Shown piece by piece: positions 37,597 to 48,332 of a stretch of 64,000 nucleotides of DNA; positions within the stretch are counted from its first letter, which is position 1; each line of letters starts with the position of its first letter. Below the pieces are notes generated by a model, which was not told the origin of the DNA, searched no databases, and was given only the letters and a program-made list of their open reading frames with translations. The position numbers and the translations under genes are program-made. Source of the stretch: Podospora anserina (taxonomy: Eukaryota); NCBI GenBank assembly GCA_017654855.1, contig CM030332.1:4836001-4900000 (forward strand), written 5' to 3'.

Positions 37597-40500
37597 ATGT
37601 CCGACTATCAGCGCGATGTCTCGCAGTACAAGTACTCGGCCATGTCCAACCTGGTCCTCCAGGCGGACCGTCGGTTTGTCACAAGACGAACAGACGAGGC
37701 CACAGGCGACCCGGAATCTCTCGCCGGTCGTCTCTCCATCAAGGATATGGGCGCACGTGTCGGCCGCGATGCGGCCCCAAAGACGAAAAAGACCAGTGCC
37801 ATGCCCAACGTCGAGCGAGGAGATGTACAGGAAGGCGCTGACATTCTTCAACACTTGAAGGACAAGAAGAAGAAGGGCAAGACTGAGACCCGCGGCGGTG
37901 GTATTCTCGCGAGCACCGACATGATCGAGGGTATCATCTACCGACCACGAACACAGCCAACACGGGACGCATTCAACCTCATCCTGACGATTGTGGCCGA
38001 GCACTTGGGTGATCTACCCCACGACACAGTGCGCAGCGCGGCTGATGCCGTACTGGAGTTCCTCAAGGATGATGACCTCAAGGATTTTGACAAGAAGAAG
38101 GAAATTGATGGGATATTGGGCGAGTCTATGGATCCAAAGCAGTTCAATGAGCTGGTAAATCTTGGAAAGAAGATCACAGATTACGATGCGCAGGACGACG
38201 AGGATGAGGAAATGGGCGATGCCAGACCAGATGCCGATGATGAAATTGATGGCCGCCAAGGTGTTGCGGTCAACTTTGAAAACGACGAAGATGATGATGG
38301 CATGGTAGATGTAGTACGGGACGAGTCTTCTTCTGAGGACGAGGAAGAGGATATTGACGATGAGGATCGGCCAGAGCTTCAGGAGGTTGCCGATGGTGGG
38401 GAGGCTGGGATTGATCGGGATGAGGAGGAGGTAGGGTTGGTTGATGGCGAGACTATGGTTATCGATGCAGCGCCAAACGGGAAGGACAAGTCCGAGGAGA
38501 AGAACTCTGTGCCGGCCCGGGATATTGATGCATATTGGTTACAACGGCAAATTGGTCGCCTTTACCCAGATGCCCATGTTCAGCACGACAAGACCTCCCT
38601 TGCGCTCAAGATCCTTTCAGGAGAGCCGGATGAGCCAGGTGGAGAGGAGAAGCAACTTCGCGACATTGAAAATGACCTCATGGAGCTCTTTGACTACGAG
38701 CACCATGAGATTGTGCAAAAGCTGATCGAGAACCGGGAAAAGGTTGTGTGGCTTACACGGCTGGCCAGGGCAGAGGACCAGAAGGAACGAGACACAATCG
38801 AAAGAGAAATGGCTTCAGAAGGGCTGCGGTGGATTCTGGACGAACTTCATGGCAAGTCCAAGGATGACCAAAAGAAGCCAAAGATGGAAATCAAGATGGA
38901 CATCGACTCTGGTGCCTTTGCCGACGGGAAAGCCCCAAAGCAGGAAAAGCCTGATGGTCAGTTGGTCGGCGGTCTTCAACCCAAGAAACTGATCAACCTG
39001 GAAAATCTCGTGTTCGACCAAGGCAATCATCTCAACACCAATCCCAAGGTCAGGCTACCGGAAGGTACCACAAAAAGAACCTTCAAGGGCTACGAAGAAA
39101 TTCATGTGCCTCCACCCAAGAAGCGTAACGATCCTAGCGATGTGAACATCCCTATTTCGGAGATGCCAGAGTGGGCTCAACCTCCTTTCAGCACAACCAA
39201 GTCTCTCAACAAGATTCAGTCAAAGTGCTTCCCTACTGCGTTTCATGACGACGGCAACATGCTGGTCTGCGCCCCGACAGGTTCCGGCAAGACCAACGTG
39301 TCTATGCTCACCATTCTCAGAGAGATTGGCAAGAACAGGAACGAGAGGGGTGAGATTGACCTCGACGCCTTCAAGATTGTCTACATTGCCCCCCTGAAGG
39401 CTCTTGTACAGGAGCAGGTCGGCAATTTTGGCAAGCGTCTGGAGCCGTATGGTATCAAGGTCTCGGAATTGACTGGTGACCGGCAGCTCACCAAGCAGCA
39501 AATCTCTGAGACCCAGATCATTGTCACGACACCTGAGAAGTGGGATGTCATCACCAGAAAGGCCACTGATATCTCCTACACAAATCTGGTTCGGCTGATC
39601 ATTATCGACGAAATCCATCTTCTACATGATGATCGTGGCCCGGTTTTGGAGAGCATTGTGAGCAGGACGATTCGCAAGACCGAGCAAACCGGTGAACCAG
39701 TCCGTATTGTTGGTCTCTCTGCTACTTTGCCGAACTACAAAGATGTCGCAAGCTTCCTGCGTGTTGATATGGCCAAGGGCTTGTTCCATTTTGATGGTTC
39801 ATTCCGTCCCTGCCCGTTGCGCCAAGAATTCATTGGCATCACCGAGAGGAAAGCCATCAAGCAACTCAAGACCATGAACGATATTACCTACACCAAGGTG
39901 ATAGAGCATGTCGGCACTCACCGCAACCAAATGCTGATTTTCGTTCATTCGAGAAAAGAAACGGCAAAGACGGCCAAGTACATTCGCGACAAGGCTTTGG
40001 AGATGGATACCATCAACCAGATCCTCAAGCACGATGCTGGTACTCGTGAGGTGCTTAGTGAAGCAGCGAATGCAGTCAACAATACGGATCTCAAGGACAT
40101 CTTGCCCTACGGTTTTGGTATCCATCACGCTGGTATGAGCCGAGCTGATCGCACTGATGTTGAGGATCTTTTCTCTAGCGGCCATATTCAGGTGCTTGTC
40201 TGCACGGCCACCCTCGCTTGGGGTGTCAACTTGCCTGCTCACACAGTCATTATCAAGGGTACTCAAGTGTATTCTCCAGAAAAGGGTAGCTGGGTTGAAT
40301 TGAGCCCTCAGGATGTCCTGCAGATGCTTGGTCGTGCCGGTCGCCCACAGTTCGACACATACGGTGAAGGCATCATCATCACCACTCAGGGAGAAATGAC
40401 GTACTATCTTTCGCTTCTCAACCAGCAGCTGCCTATTGAAAGTCAGTTTGCAAGCAAGCTGGTGGACAATCTCAACGCTGAAATCGTCCTGGGCAATGTT

Positions 40501-43500
40501 CGCAGCCGCGATGAAGGTGTGGAGTGGCTCGGCTACACCTATCTCTTCGTTCGCATGCTCCGGTCGCCCGGTCTCTACAGCGTCGGCGCAGAGTACGAGG
40601 ATGATGAGGCATTGGAGCAGAAACGTGTCGATCTAATACACTCGGCCGCCACTGTGCTCAAGAAGTCGAACTTGATCAAATACGATGAAAAGACCGGCAA
40701 GCTCCAGTCTACCGAGCTTGGTCGTATCGCCTCTCATTACTACATCACAAACTCGTCCATGGACACCTACAACAAGCTGATCCAGCCGGCGATGAATGAT
40801 GTGGAGCTCTTCCGTGTCTTTGCACAGAGTGGCGAGTTCAAGTACATTCCGGTTCGTCAAGAAGAAAAGCTTGAACTGGCCAAGCTGCTTGCTCGTGTGC
40901 CCATTCCCGTCAAGGAGAGCATCGAGGAGCCAACTGCCAAGATCAATGTTCTGCTTCAGGCCTACATTTCTCGCCTGCGACTGGATGGCCTTGCCCTGAT
41001 GGCCGACATGGTCTATGTCACTCAGTCTGCTGGCCGCATCCTTCGTGCCATCTTCGAAATCACCCTCAAGAAGGGATGGGCTTCAGTTGCCAAGTTGGCT
41101 CTGAACCTGTGCAAGATGGCCGAGAAGAGAATGTGGCCGACTATGTCTCCTCTCAGACAGTTCCCCAGCTGCCCAGGCGAAATCGTCAGAAAGGCTGAGC
41201 GGATAGAGGTGCCTTTCAGCAGCTATCTGGACCTTGATCCCCCTCGCATGGGCGAGTTGCTCGGCATGCCCAAGGCTGGAAAGACTGTTTGCGCGCTTGT
41301 GGCCAAGTTTCCTCGCGTCGAAGTTCAGGCCAACGTCCAGCCCATGACTCGCTCCATGCTCCGGGTCGAGTTGACCATCACGCCCAACTTTGAGTGGGAT
41401 GTTGACGTTCATGGGTTGTCTGAAAGCTTCTGGATCATGGTAGAAGACTGCGATGGTGAAGACATTCTCTTCCATGACCAGTTCATCCTCCGCAAGGACT
41501 ATGCCGAGTCTGATGCGAATGAACACATTGTAGAGTTCACAGTGCCCATCACTGAGCCAATGCCGCCCAATTACTTCATCTCGGTGATTTCGGACCGCTG
41601 GATGCACTCCGAGACTCGACTGCCAGTATCATTCCAGCAGCTGATCCTGCCAGAGAGGTTCCCACCACACACTGAGCTTCTTGATTTGCAGCCTCTGCCG
41701 GTTACTGCCCTGAAGGCCAAGGACTATGCCGCTCTCTACCCTGACTTGACCCAGTTCAACAAGATCCAAACGCAAACATTCAACTCGCTCTACGGCACCG
41801 ACAACAATGTCCTTGTGGCCGCTCCCACGAGCAGCGGCAAGACCGTCTGTGCCGAGTTTGCCTTGCTTCGCCACTGGAACAAGCAGGAGTCTGGACGCGC
41901 AGTGTACATTGCCCCGTTCCAGGAGTTGGTGGACCTGCGCTATCAAGATTGGCAGAAGAAGTTTGCCAATCTCAGGGGGGGCAAGGATATTGTCAAGCTG
42001 ACTGGAGAGACTGCTGCTGATCTGAAGCTCCTCGAGCAAGGTGACTTGATTCTGGCGACGCCTCTTCAGTGGGATGTCTTGTCCAGACAATGGAAGCGCA
42101 GAAAGAACGTCCAGACTGTGGAGCTCTTCATTGCCGATGAGCTGCACATGCTTGGTGGGCAGATGGGATACATCTACGAGATTATCGTGTCCCGCATGCA
42201 CTACATCCGCACCCAGACTGAGCTCCCGGTCAGAATCGTTGGTCTCAGTGTTTCCCTTGCCAACGCTCGCGATGTGGGAGAGTGGATTGACGCCAAGAAG
42301 CATGATATCTACAACTTTAGCCCTCATGTCAGGCCCGTTCCTCTGGAGCTTCACATTCAGTCATACACCATTCCTCATTTCCCATCCCTGATGCTGGCGA
42401 TGGCTAAGCCAACATATCTGGCTGTGACTCAGATGTCGCCTGATCAGCCGGCTCTCATTTTTGTGCCCAGCCGCAAGCAAACTAGAGCCACAGCAAGGGA
42501 CATCCTCACTGCCGCATTGGCAGATGATGATGAGGACCGCTTCTTGAACGTTGAGGTGGAGCAGATACAGAAGCTTCTCGAGCGTGTCCAAGAGCCAGCT
42601 CTCGCGGAGGCTCTCTCCCACGGCGTTGGCTACTACCACGAAGCTCTTAGCCAGAGTGACAAGCGCATTGTCATGCATCTCTACAAGAATAATGCCATCC
42701 AGGTTCTCATCGCCTCTCGCGATGTCTGCTGGGAGCTGGATTGCACTGCCCACCTCGTTATTGTCATGGGCACGCAATACTTCGAGGGCAGAGAGCACCG
42801 CTATGTTGACTACCCGCTCAGCGAGGTTCTGCAAATGTTCGGCAAGGCTTCGCAGTCTTCGCGCGACGGCCGTGGTCGCGGTGTGCTGATGGTGCCGGCG
42901 GTGAAGAGAGAGTATTACAAAAAATTCCTCAACGAAGCTCTGCCCGTTGAGTCGCATCTTCACAACTTCCTCCAGGATGCGTTTGTGACCGAGATCAGCA
43001 CGAGGATGATCGAGTCTGGTGAGGATGCTATCAACTGGGCCACATTCACCTACTTTTATCGCCGACTGCTCGCCAACCCAAGCTACTACAGTCTTACGGA
43101 TCCTACTCACGAGGGCCTGAGCCAGTACCTCTCTGACATGGTTGAAGCCACCCTGAAGGAGCTCTCGGAGTCCAAGATTGTAGACTTTGACGAGGATGAG
43201 GGCACTGTCGCTCCTCAGAACGCTGCCATGATTGCTGCGTATTACAACATCTCGTACATCACCATGCAGACCTTCCTTCTCTCGCTCACGGCGAAGACGA
43301 AGCTCAAGGGCATTCTCGAAATCGTTACGTCTGCTACCGAGTTTGAATCGATTCAGATCCGGCGTCACGAGGAAGCCATCCTCAGACGCATCTATGACAG
43401 TGTTCCCGTCAAGATGGCTGAGCCAGCTTTCGATTCGCCTCATTTCAAGGCCTTTGTGTTGGTTCAGGCCCATTTCTCCCGGATGAACCTCCCGATTGAT

Positions 43501-44247
43501 TTGGCTAAGGACCAGGAAGTCATCTTGACCAAGATTGTCAGCCTGTTGAATGCCATCGTCGATATCTTGTCTTCTGATGGCCGTCTCAACGCCATGAACG
43601 CCATGGAAATGTCGCAGATGGTGGTGCAGGCCATGTGGGATCGCGACAGCCCCCTCAAGCAGATTCCCAACTTCACCACCGAAACTGTCAAGGTGGCCAA
43701 CAAGTACGACATTCAGGATATCTTTGACTTCATGAGCAAGATGGATCCTGACGAGAATCCTGACTACAATTCTCTCATCAAGGATCTCGGGTTCACCCAG
43801 GCACAGCTCGCGCAGGCGGCCAACTTTACCAACAGCAAGTATCCCGAAATCTCGCTGGAGGTTGAGGTGGAGGACAAGGATGAGATCCGGGCTGGCGAGC
43901 CGGCGTACCTCAAGATCGCGATCGAGCGGGAGATTGACGAGGACGAGGAGTACGACCCGACCGTGCACGCGCCGTTTTACCCCGGGAAGAAGACGGAGAG
44001 TTGGTGGTTGGTGGTTGGCGAGGAAAAGACAAAGGAGCTGCTGGCAATCAAGCGGATCACGGTAGGACGGAAACTCAACGTCAGACTGGAATTCACCGTG
44101 CCCACGGCGGGTCACCACGACTTGAAGCTCTTCTTCATGAGCGACAGCTACATGGGTGTGGATCAGGAGCCATCATTTTCGGTGGAGGTTGCGGAGGGGA
44201 TGGATGTTGATGAGGAGGAGGACGATGAGGAGGAGGATGATGAGTAG
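37597..44247 (+). CDS. BRR2: U5 snRNP helicase Brr2 (2216 aa, single exon)
   Basis: MSNLVLQADRRF N-terminus, two Ski2-like helicase cassettes (APTGSGKT/DEIH and APTSSGKT/DELH), Sec63 domains and C-terminal SDSYMGVDQE. Confidence 0.98.
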   Translation: MSDYQRDVSQYKYSAMSNLVLQADRRFVTRRTDEATGDPESLAGRLSIKDMGARVGRDAAPKTKKTSAMPNVERGDVQEGADILQHLKDKKKKGKTETRGGGILASTDMIEGIIYRPRTQPTRDAFNLILTIVAEHLGDLPHDTVRSAADAVLEFLKDDDLKDFDKKKEIDGILGESMDPKQFNELVNLGKKITDYDAQDDEDEEMGDARPDADDEIDGRQGVAVNFENDEDDDGMVDVVRDESSSEDEEEDIDDEDRPELQEVADGGEAGIDRDEEEVGLVDGETMVIDAAPNGKDKSEEKNSVPARDIDAYWLQRQIGRLYPDAHVQHDKTSLALKILSGEPDEPGGEEKQLRDIENDLMELFDYEHHEIVQKLIENREKVVWLTRLARAEDQKERDTIEREMASEGLRWILDELHGKSKDDQKKPKMEIKMDIDSGAFADGKAPKQEKPDGQLVGGLQPKKLINLENLVFDQGNHLNTNPKVRLPEGTTKRTFKGYEEIHVPPPKKRNDPSDVNIPISEMPEWAQPPFSTTKSLNKIQSKCFPTAFHDDGNMLVCAPTGSGKTNVSMLTILREIGKNRNERGEIDLDAFKIVYIAPLKALVQEQVGNFGKRLEPYGIKVSELTGDRQLTKQQISETQIIVTTPEKWDVITRKATDISYTNLVRLIIIDEIHLLHDDRGPVLESIVSRTIRKTEQTGEPVRIVGLSATLPNYKDVASFLRVDMAKGLFHFDGSFRPCPLRQEFIGITERKAIKQLKTMNDITYTKVIEHVGTHRNQMLIFVHSRKETAKTAKYIRDKALEMDTINQILKHDAGTREVLSEAANAVNNTDLKDILPYGFGIHHAGMSRADRTDVEDLFSSGHIQVLVCTATLAWGVNLPAHTVIIKGTQVYSPEKGSWVELSPQDVLQMLGRAGRPQFDTYGEGIIITTQGEMTYYLSLLNQQLPIESQFASKLVDNLNAEIVLGNVRSRDEGVEWLGYTYLFVRMLRSPGLYSVGAEYEDDEALEQKRVDLIHSAATVLKKSNLIKYDEKTGKLQSTELGRIASHYYITNSSMDTYNKLIQPAMNDVELFRVFAQSGEFKYIPVRQEEKLELAKLLARVPIPVKESIEEPTAKINVLLQAYISRLRLDGLALMADMVYVTQSAGRILRAIFEITLKKGWASVAKLALNLCKMAEKRMWPTMSPLRQFPSCPGEIVRKAERIEVPFSSYLDLDPPRMGELLGMPKAGKTVCALVAKFPRVEVQANVQPMTRSMLRVELTITPNFEWDVDVHGLSESFWIMVEDCDGEDILFHDQFILRKDYAESDANEHIVEFTVPITEPMPPNYFISVISDRWMHSETRLPVSFQQLILPERFPPHTELLDLQPLPVTALKAKDYAALYPDLTQFNKIQTQTFNSLYGTDNNVLVAAPTSSGKTVCAEFALLRHWNKQESGRAVYIAPFQELVDLRYQDWQKKFANLRGGKDIVKLTGETAADLKLLEQGDLILATPLQWDVLSRQWKRRKNVQTVELFIADELHMLGGQMGYIYEIIVSRMHYIRTQTELPVRIVGLSVSLANARDVGEWIDAKKHDIYNFSPHVRPVPLELHIQSYTIPHFPSLMLAMAKPTYLAVTQMSPDQPALIFVPSRKQTRATARDILTAALADDDEDRFLNVEVEQIQKLLERVQEPALAEALSHGVGYYHEALSQSDKRIVMHLYKNNAIQVLIASRDVCWELDCTAHLVIVMGTQYFEGREHRYVDYPLSEVLQMFGKASQSSRDGRGRGVLMVPAVKREYYKKFLNEALPVESHLHNFLQDAFVTEISTRMIESGEDAINWATFTYFYRRLLANPSYYSLTDPTHEGLSQYLSDMVEATLKELSESKIVDFDEDEGTVAPQNAAMIAAYYNISYITMQTFLLSLTAKTKLKGILEIVTSATEFESIQIRRHEEAILRRIYDSVPVKMAEPAFDSPHFKAFVLVQAHFSRMNLPIDLAKDQEVILTKIVSLLNAIVDILSSDGRLNAMNAMEMSQMVVQAMWDRDSPLKQIPNFTTETVKVANKYDIQDIFDFMSKMDPDENPDYNSLIKDLGFTQAQLAQAANFTNSKYPEISLEVEVEDKDEIRAGEPAYLKIAIEREIDEDEEYDPTVHAPFYPGKKTESWWLVVGEEKTKELLAIKRITVGRKLNVRLEFTVPTAGHHDLKLFFMSDSYMGVDQEPSFSVEVAEGMDVDEEEDDEEEDDE

Positions 44248-44599
44248 TGGGTGATGCGGAGGGCTTTTGGGAGGAATGTGAAGTGGTGGTGGGGGTTTTG
44301 TTGCTTCAGAGCTTTGGGGGGGGGGGTCAAAATGTTGTCTTCATTCCCAATCGGATTTCTCTCTTATTGTCATCAAGGGCGGTTGGTTGAGCGTGTGTAT
44401 ATGGTATATAATGGGATTTGGAGGTATAATATAAAATTAACTTTGATGTCTGTTTTGGTCTCAATCAACTTGGGGGCATTACCTTTGCTGTTGGGGGATG
44501 GTCTACGTCACGAGATGGTCTCTCAGGCTGAAGTCGAAAGCCATGTGGGGTTTCCGGATGCTGTTGTTGAACAGGCTCAAGGGGGACGGGAAGTGGGAA

Positions 44600-44654
44600 G
44601 GGGACGGGGATGGAGATGGGGACGTGGATGGAGATGGGGGACGTGGATGGAGAT
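44600..44654. repeat. Imperfect 18-bp tandem repeat (GGGGACGTGGATGGAGAT x3)
   Basis: Three near-identical adjacent units between BRR2 and the PWWP gene. Confidence 0.8.
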
Positions 44655-45300
44655 GTGGATGATCTTGGGGGTGGATGATCTTGGGAGGAGGAGGTGCTGG
44701 TGGTGGAGAAGGTGGTGGCGAGAAGAGAGGGCTGGTTGCTTGGCCCTCGACCACCTATGTACTCCTCCAAGGGTGATGTTGGGAGACAAGCTGGTGACAA
44801 GTGACAGGGTGACAAGGGCCAAGCGTAAGGCGGCGTAAAGGTAGACAAGACAGGCAGCACCTCTTTGGGTTTGTTGTTGGTCTGACCACACACAGCGGCA
44901 CTCCGCACACTCCGCCTCCTTTGATAGGGGAAGAAGAGACAAGACCTGGAAGAGCAAAGCAAAAGCTCCCTCACGCCCACTCACCCACCAAGGAACCACA
45001 CGCACGCCAGACGCTCGGACCACTTCCTTCGTGTACTGCCCTCAAATAATTTCTCTTCTCGCGAAGGCTCCTCCAAACTTCCGCGCAACCACCTTCCATT
45101 GTCCTAGCGCTTCGCCATTGTGTGTTGTCTTTTCATCGCGCTCCCATCGGAACAGCATCGAATCCATCACCCGAGGCCACGCCACTCTTGATATAAGACT
45201 TCCCCGCGCTCAACGCGTCCAAGTCCAAGTCTGCACACGACAAACAACCTGTCACGTCCCCGTCGCGATCCTTCGCTGACATCACCCTAACCGACCCAAA

Positions 45301-47296
45301 ATGTCACGAGAAGGTTCTCCAGTCGCGCCCGCCTTTGAGGCCGCGCAACCAGCTGTCGAGAAGAAGGAGGACACGCCTATTGCCCCTGCTGCCCAAGACA
45401 TCAAAGAGGCCATTGCGGCCGAGTCCAAGGCTGCCGTCGAGTCTGCTCCTGCCGAGGAAGCCTCTGACAACAAAGCGGAAGAGGGTAACGTGTTCCACAA
45501 CACCTGCCAGGCAGGCCACTTACATCCTCGCCACTACATCTAGCTAACCATCATCTGTTATCAGCACCAGCTGCCGAGAAGACCGCCGAGCAAGCCGAAG
45601 AGAAGCCAGACGTCGAGATGACAGACGCTGCCGATGCTTCTGAGGCTGGAGCCCCATCCCAACCATCCGCCGACAACAATGCCGATGCGGCCCCCAAGGC
45701 TAAGGCCAACCGCAAGTCAATTGGTGCTGGCGAGGCCAAGGGAAAGAAGCTGAACAGAAAGGCATCAAAGCCGCGCATTCTGCACACCGACGCCCAGCCA
45801 GGCCAATACTTCTTTGTCAAGCTCAAGGGCCACCCGCAATGGCCAGTGATCATCTGCGATGAGGGCATGCTGCCCGACTCATTGCTCAAGTCTCGCCCAG
45901 TAACTGCCAAGCGGCAGGACGGCACATACCGCGACGACTACGCCGATGGCGCCAAGAAGGTCGCCGACCGGACTTTCCCCGTCATGTACCTTTACACCAA
46001 CGAATTGTGAGTTTTCATTCTAATGTTCGCCCCGATGTTGTCGTTAAGGTTTTTCTGGGCGCTGAATGCTAATGCGCCTCTGTTTACAGTGGCTGGGTAC
46101 CAAATGGAGAGCTTATCGACCTTGACCCTGAGGAGGTTAAGAATATCAACACCGACAAGATGAGGAAAGACCTCCAGGCGGCTCACAAACTCGCCGCCGA
46201 GCAACACCCCCTCCAGTTTTACAAGGATGTTCTTGACCAATACCAGGCGGAACAGGAGGAGAAGGAGAGGGTCAAGGCTGCGAAGGCGGCTACCCCCAAG
46301 GGGAAGAAGAAGTCGTCTGCTGTCGTCGATGAGGATGTTGATATGGACGATGATGCCGAGAACAGCACACCTCCCAAGGAGAAGAAGTCGAAGAAGAGAA
46401 AGGCGGATGAGCCAGCAGAGGTAAGCAGTCACACACCCGATTTTCGTCATGACATTTGCTTATATGCCCTTCGATAGACTCCTCAGCGCACAGAGTCAGT
46501 TAAGAAGACCAAGATTAAGCTGACGAGCAACGCGACTCCCAAGGCAACCAACGGTGCCACACCTTCAGCCAAGGCCAAGCCTGATGCGAAGGCCACAAAG
46601 ACCAAGTCTAAAAAGCCAAAGGACGGTGAGGATAAGAAGGTCGAGAAGGAAGCTTCTGAAGCTCCCAAGGAGCCCGAGTTGTCGCCACAGGAGCAGAGGG
46701 AGAGAAAGGAGCGGGAGGTGCTTTTTCTGCGGCACAAGCTCCAGAAAGGTCTTCTTACTAGGGACCAAGAGCCCAAGGCGGAGGAGATGGCCACCATGTC
46801 CGAGTACATCACCAAGCTCGAGGGCTTCCCGAATCTGGAGGTCAGCATCATCCGGACAACCAAGATCAACAAGGTCTTGAAGGCGATTCTGAAGCTGGAG
46901 AATATTCCCAAAGAGAAGGAATTCAACTTCAAGTCACGCTCTCAAGTGCTGCTCAACAAGTGGAATGAGCTTCTTGCGGTTGATGGAGGAGCGGTGGCTC
47001 CAGCTCCTGCGGCCAAGGCTGTCAACGGCACAGCGCCCAAAGAGGCCAAGACCAACGGTGTCAAGGCTGATGAGCCCGCAAAGGCCGAGAAGGAGGAGGC
47101 CAAGGAAGAGCCAAAGGAGAAGAAGGATGAATCTCCAGCGGAGAAGACCAAGGAGAAGTCTGAGGAGGCTTCAGAGCCTGCAGACAAGATGGATGTTGAT
47201 GAGGTGAGCCTGCAGTACATGGAACAATTCTTTCGAGTGACATTGACTGACAATATACATCAGGCCAAGCCAGATGCTGTTGAGGCGTCCGCCTAA
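45301..47296 (+). CDS. PWWP-domain chromatin protein with a C-terminal helical (TFIIS-N-like) region; exons 45301-45484, 45565-46006, 46090-46420, 46478-47203, 47264-47296
   Basis: FVKLKGHPQWPVIIC and FPVMYLYTNEF|GW (PWWP domain); LFLRHKLQKGLL..IRTTKINKVLKAILKL..LLNKW. Confidence 0.88.
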
Positions 47297-48269
47297 ACGA
47301 CGGGCTGAACTGAATTTCCCATATCGTTACGACCACATCGCTGGCAGCAAAGCGGGACTCCATCAAGAGTTGACAAGCGGGGATTTGGCGGCAAAAATTG
47401 TTCAAGGGTGTCCAAAAGTGCGTTGGGGAGCATCTTAGCAATGGTCATCAGCAAGCTTGGCAGTATCCTGTTTGTGTAAAACTAGGCGGTTCTGAGTTTT
47501 GTGTTTTTTTCTGTCTTTTTTTCTCCCTTTGCACAACAACACACAAGGGGAACGTTTTCCTGGTCTGGTTTTGGGGTAGGGAGGTGGTTGGTGGTGTTCT
47601 GGCTCTTTTTAAATACAGGCTCGCACAACGTTTGCTAGGGTTTTCCATATTTTCATCTTTCTCTCTCTTGGGGCTGCCTTGGGAGAGTGTACAAAGGAGA
47701 GCGGAAGCGTGGACGTTACTAGCAGAGAGAGGTCTGGGGGGGGATAAGGGAGCCGATAATCTTGCTGCTGCTGGGAAGATGAAAAGGGGGTTAGGGTAGT
47801 AGAGGGAGACCACGGAGGAAAGAGGGGAGATTATGGGACGGAATAAAGCAGCAGAAAGAAGGAAAGGAGTCGAGGTTTTTTTTATATTTTTTTTTATTCC
47901 GGCCATGTGTTTTCTTCGTCATGCCGAAAAACGCACTCTCTCTATCTCTCTCACTGTTGTCGTCGAGTAGGCGCTTGGCATATCTCGATGATGGACTACT
48001 TCCTTTGGCTTTTTTATGGAGTTAATAGTGTTGAGGTATAGTAGTATGATTAGCAATTATCATTTTTTCCCACCTGCCTGCTTGATGAGTGAGGATGAAT
48101 AGGTAGTGAATGAGATGAGATGTGAAGAGTGCCACAATCCCGTCAAGGGGGTTATGGAAGTGGCTGCAAATTGTGGCGGTGTAAGATTACAGCTGTGACG
48201 TGTAAGTTAGCATATTTCAATCAAACACGCTACGACGGAACGATTTTGAAAACCTTCATGAACACTTTC

Positions 48270-48283
48270 ACGCGACAACGCGT
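48270..48283. promoter_or_regulatory. Paired MCB-like boxes (ACGCGA + ACGCGT) upstream of ORC3
   Basis: ACGCGACAACGCGT lies ~50-60 bp before the ATG. Confidence 0.45.
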
Positions 48284-48332
48284 TTTATCAACTTTATTGT
48301 CAAACCCCCGTAGTTTCTGTCTTGAGATTAAA

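Noticed and set aside
42361-44118. 585-aa antisense ORF within BRR2
   Set aside because: Shadow of biased codon usage on the sense strand, with no recognisable motifs.
7475-44247. PRP5 and BRR2 (also RFC2 and ORC3) as functional clusters
   Set aside because: They are separated by many unrelated genes, so co-occurrence in a housekeeping-rich region is plausibly chance.
44251-45023. Overlapping ORFs between BRR2 and the PWWP gene
   Set aside because: Low-complexity G-rich sequence and a tandem repeat explain the lack of stops. No protein signature.
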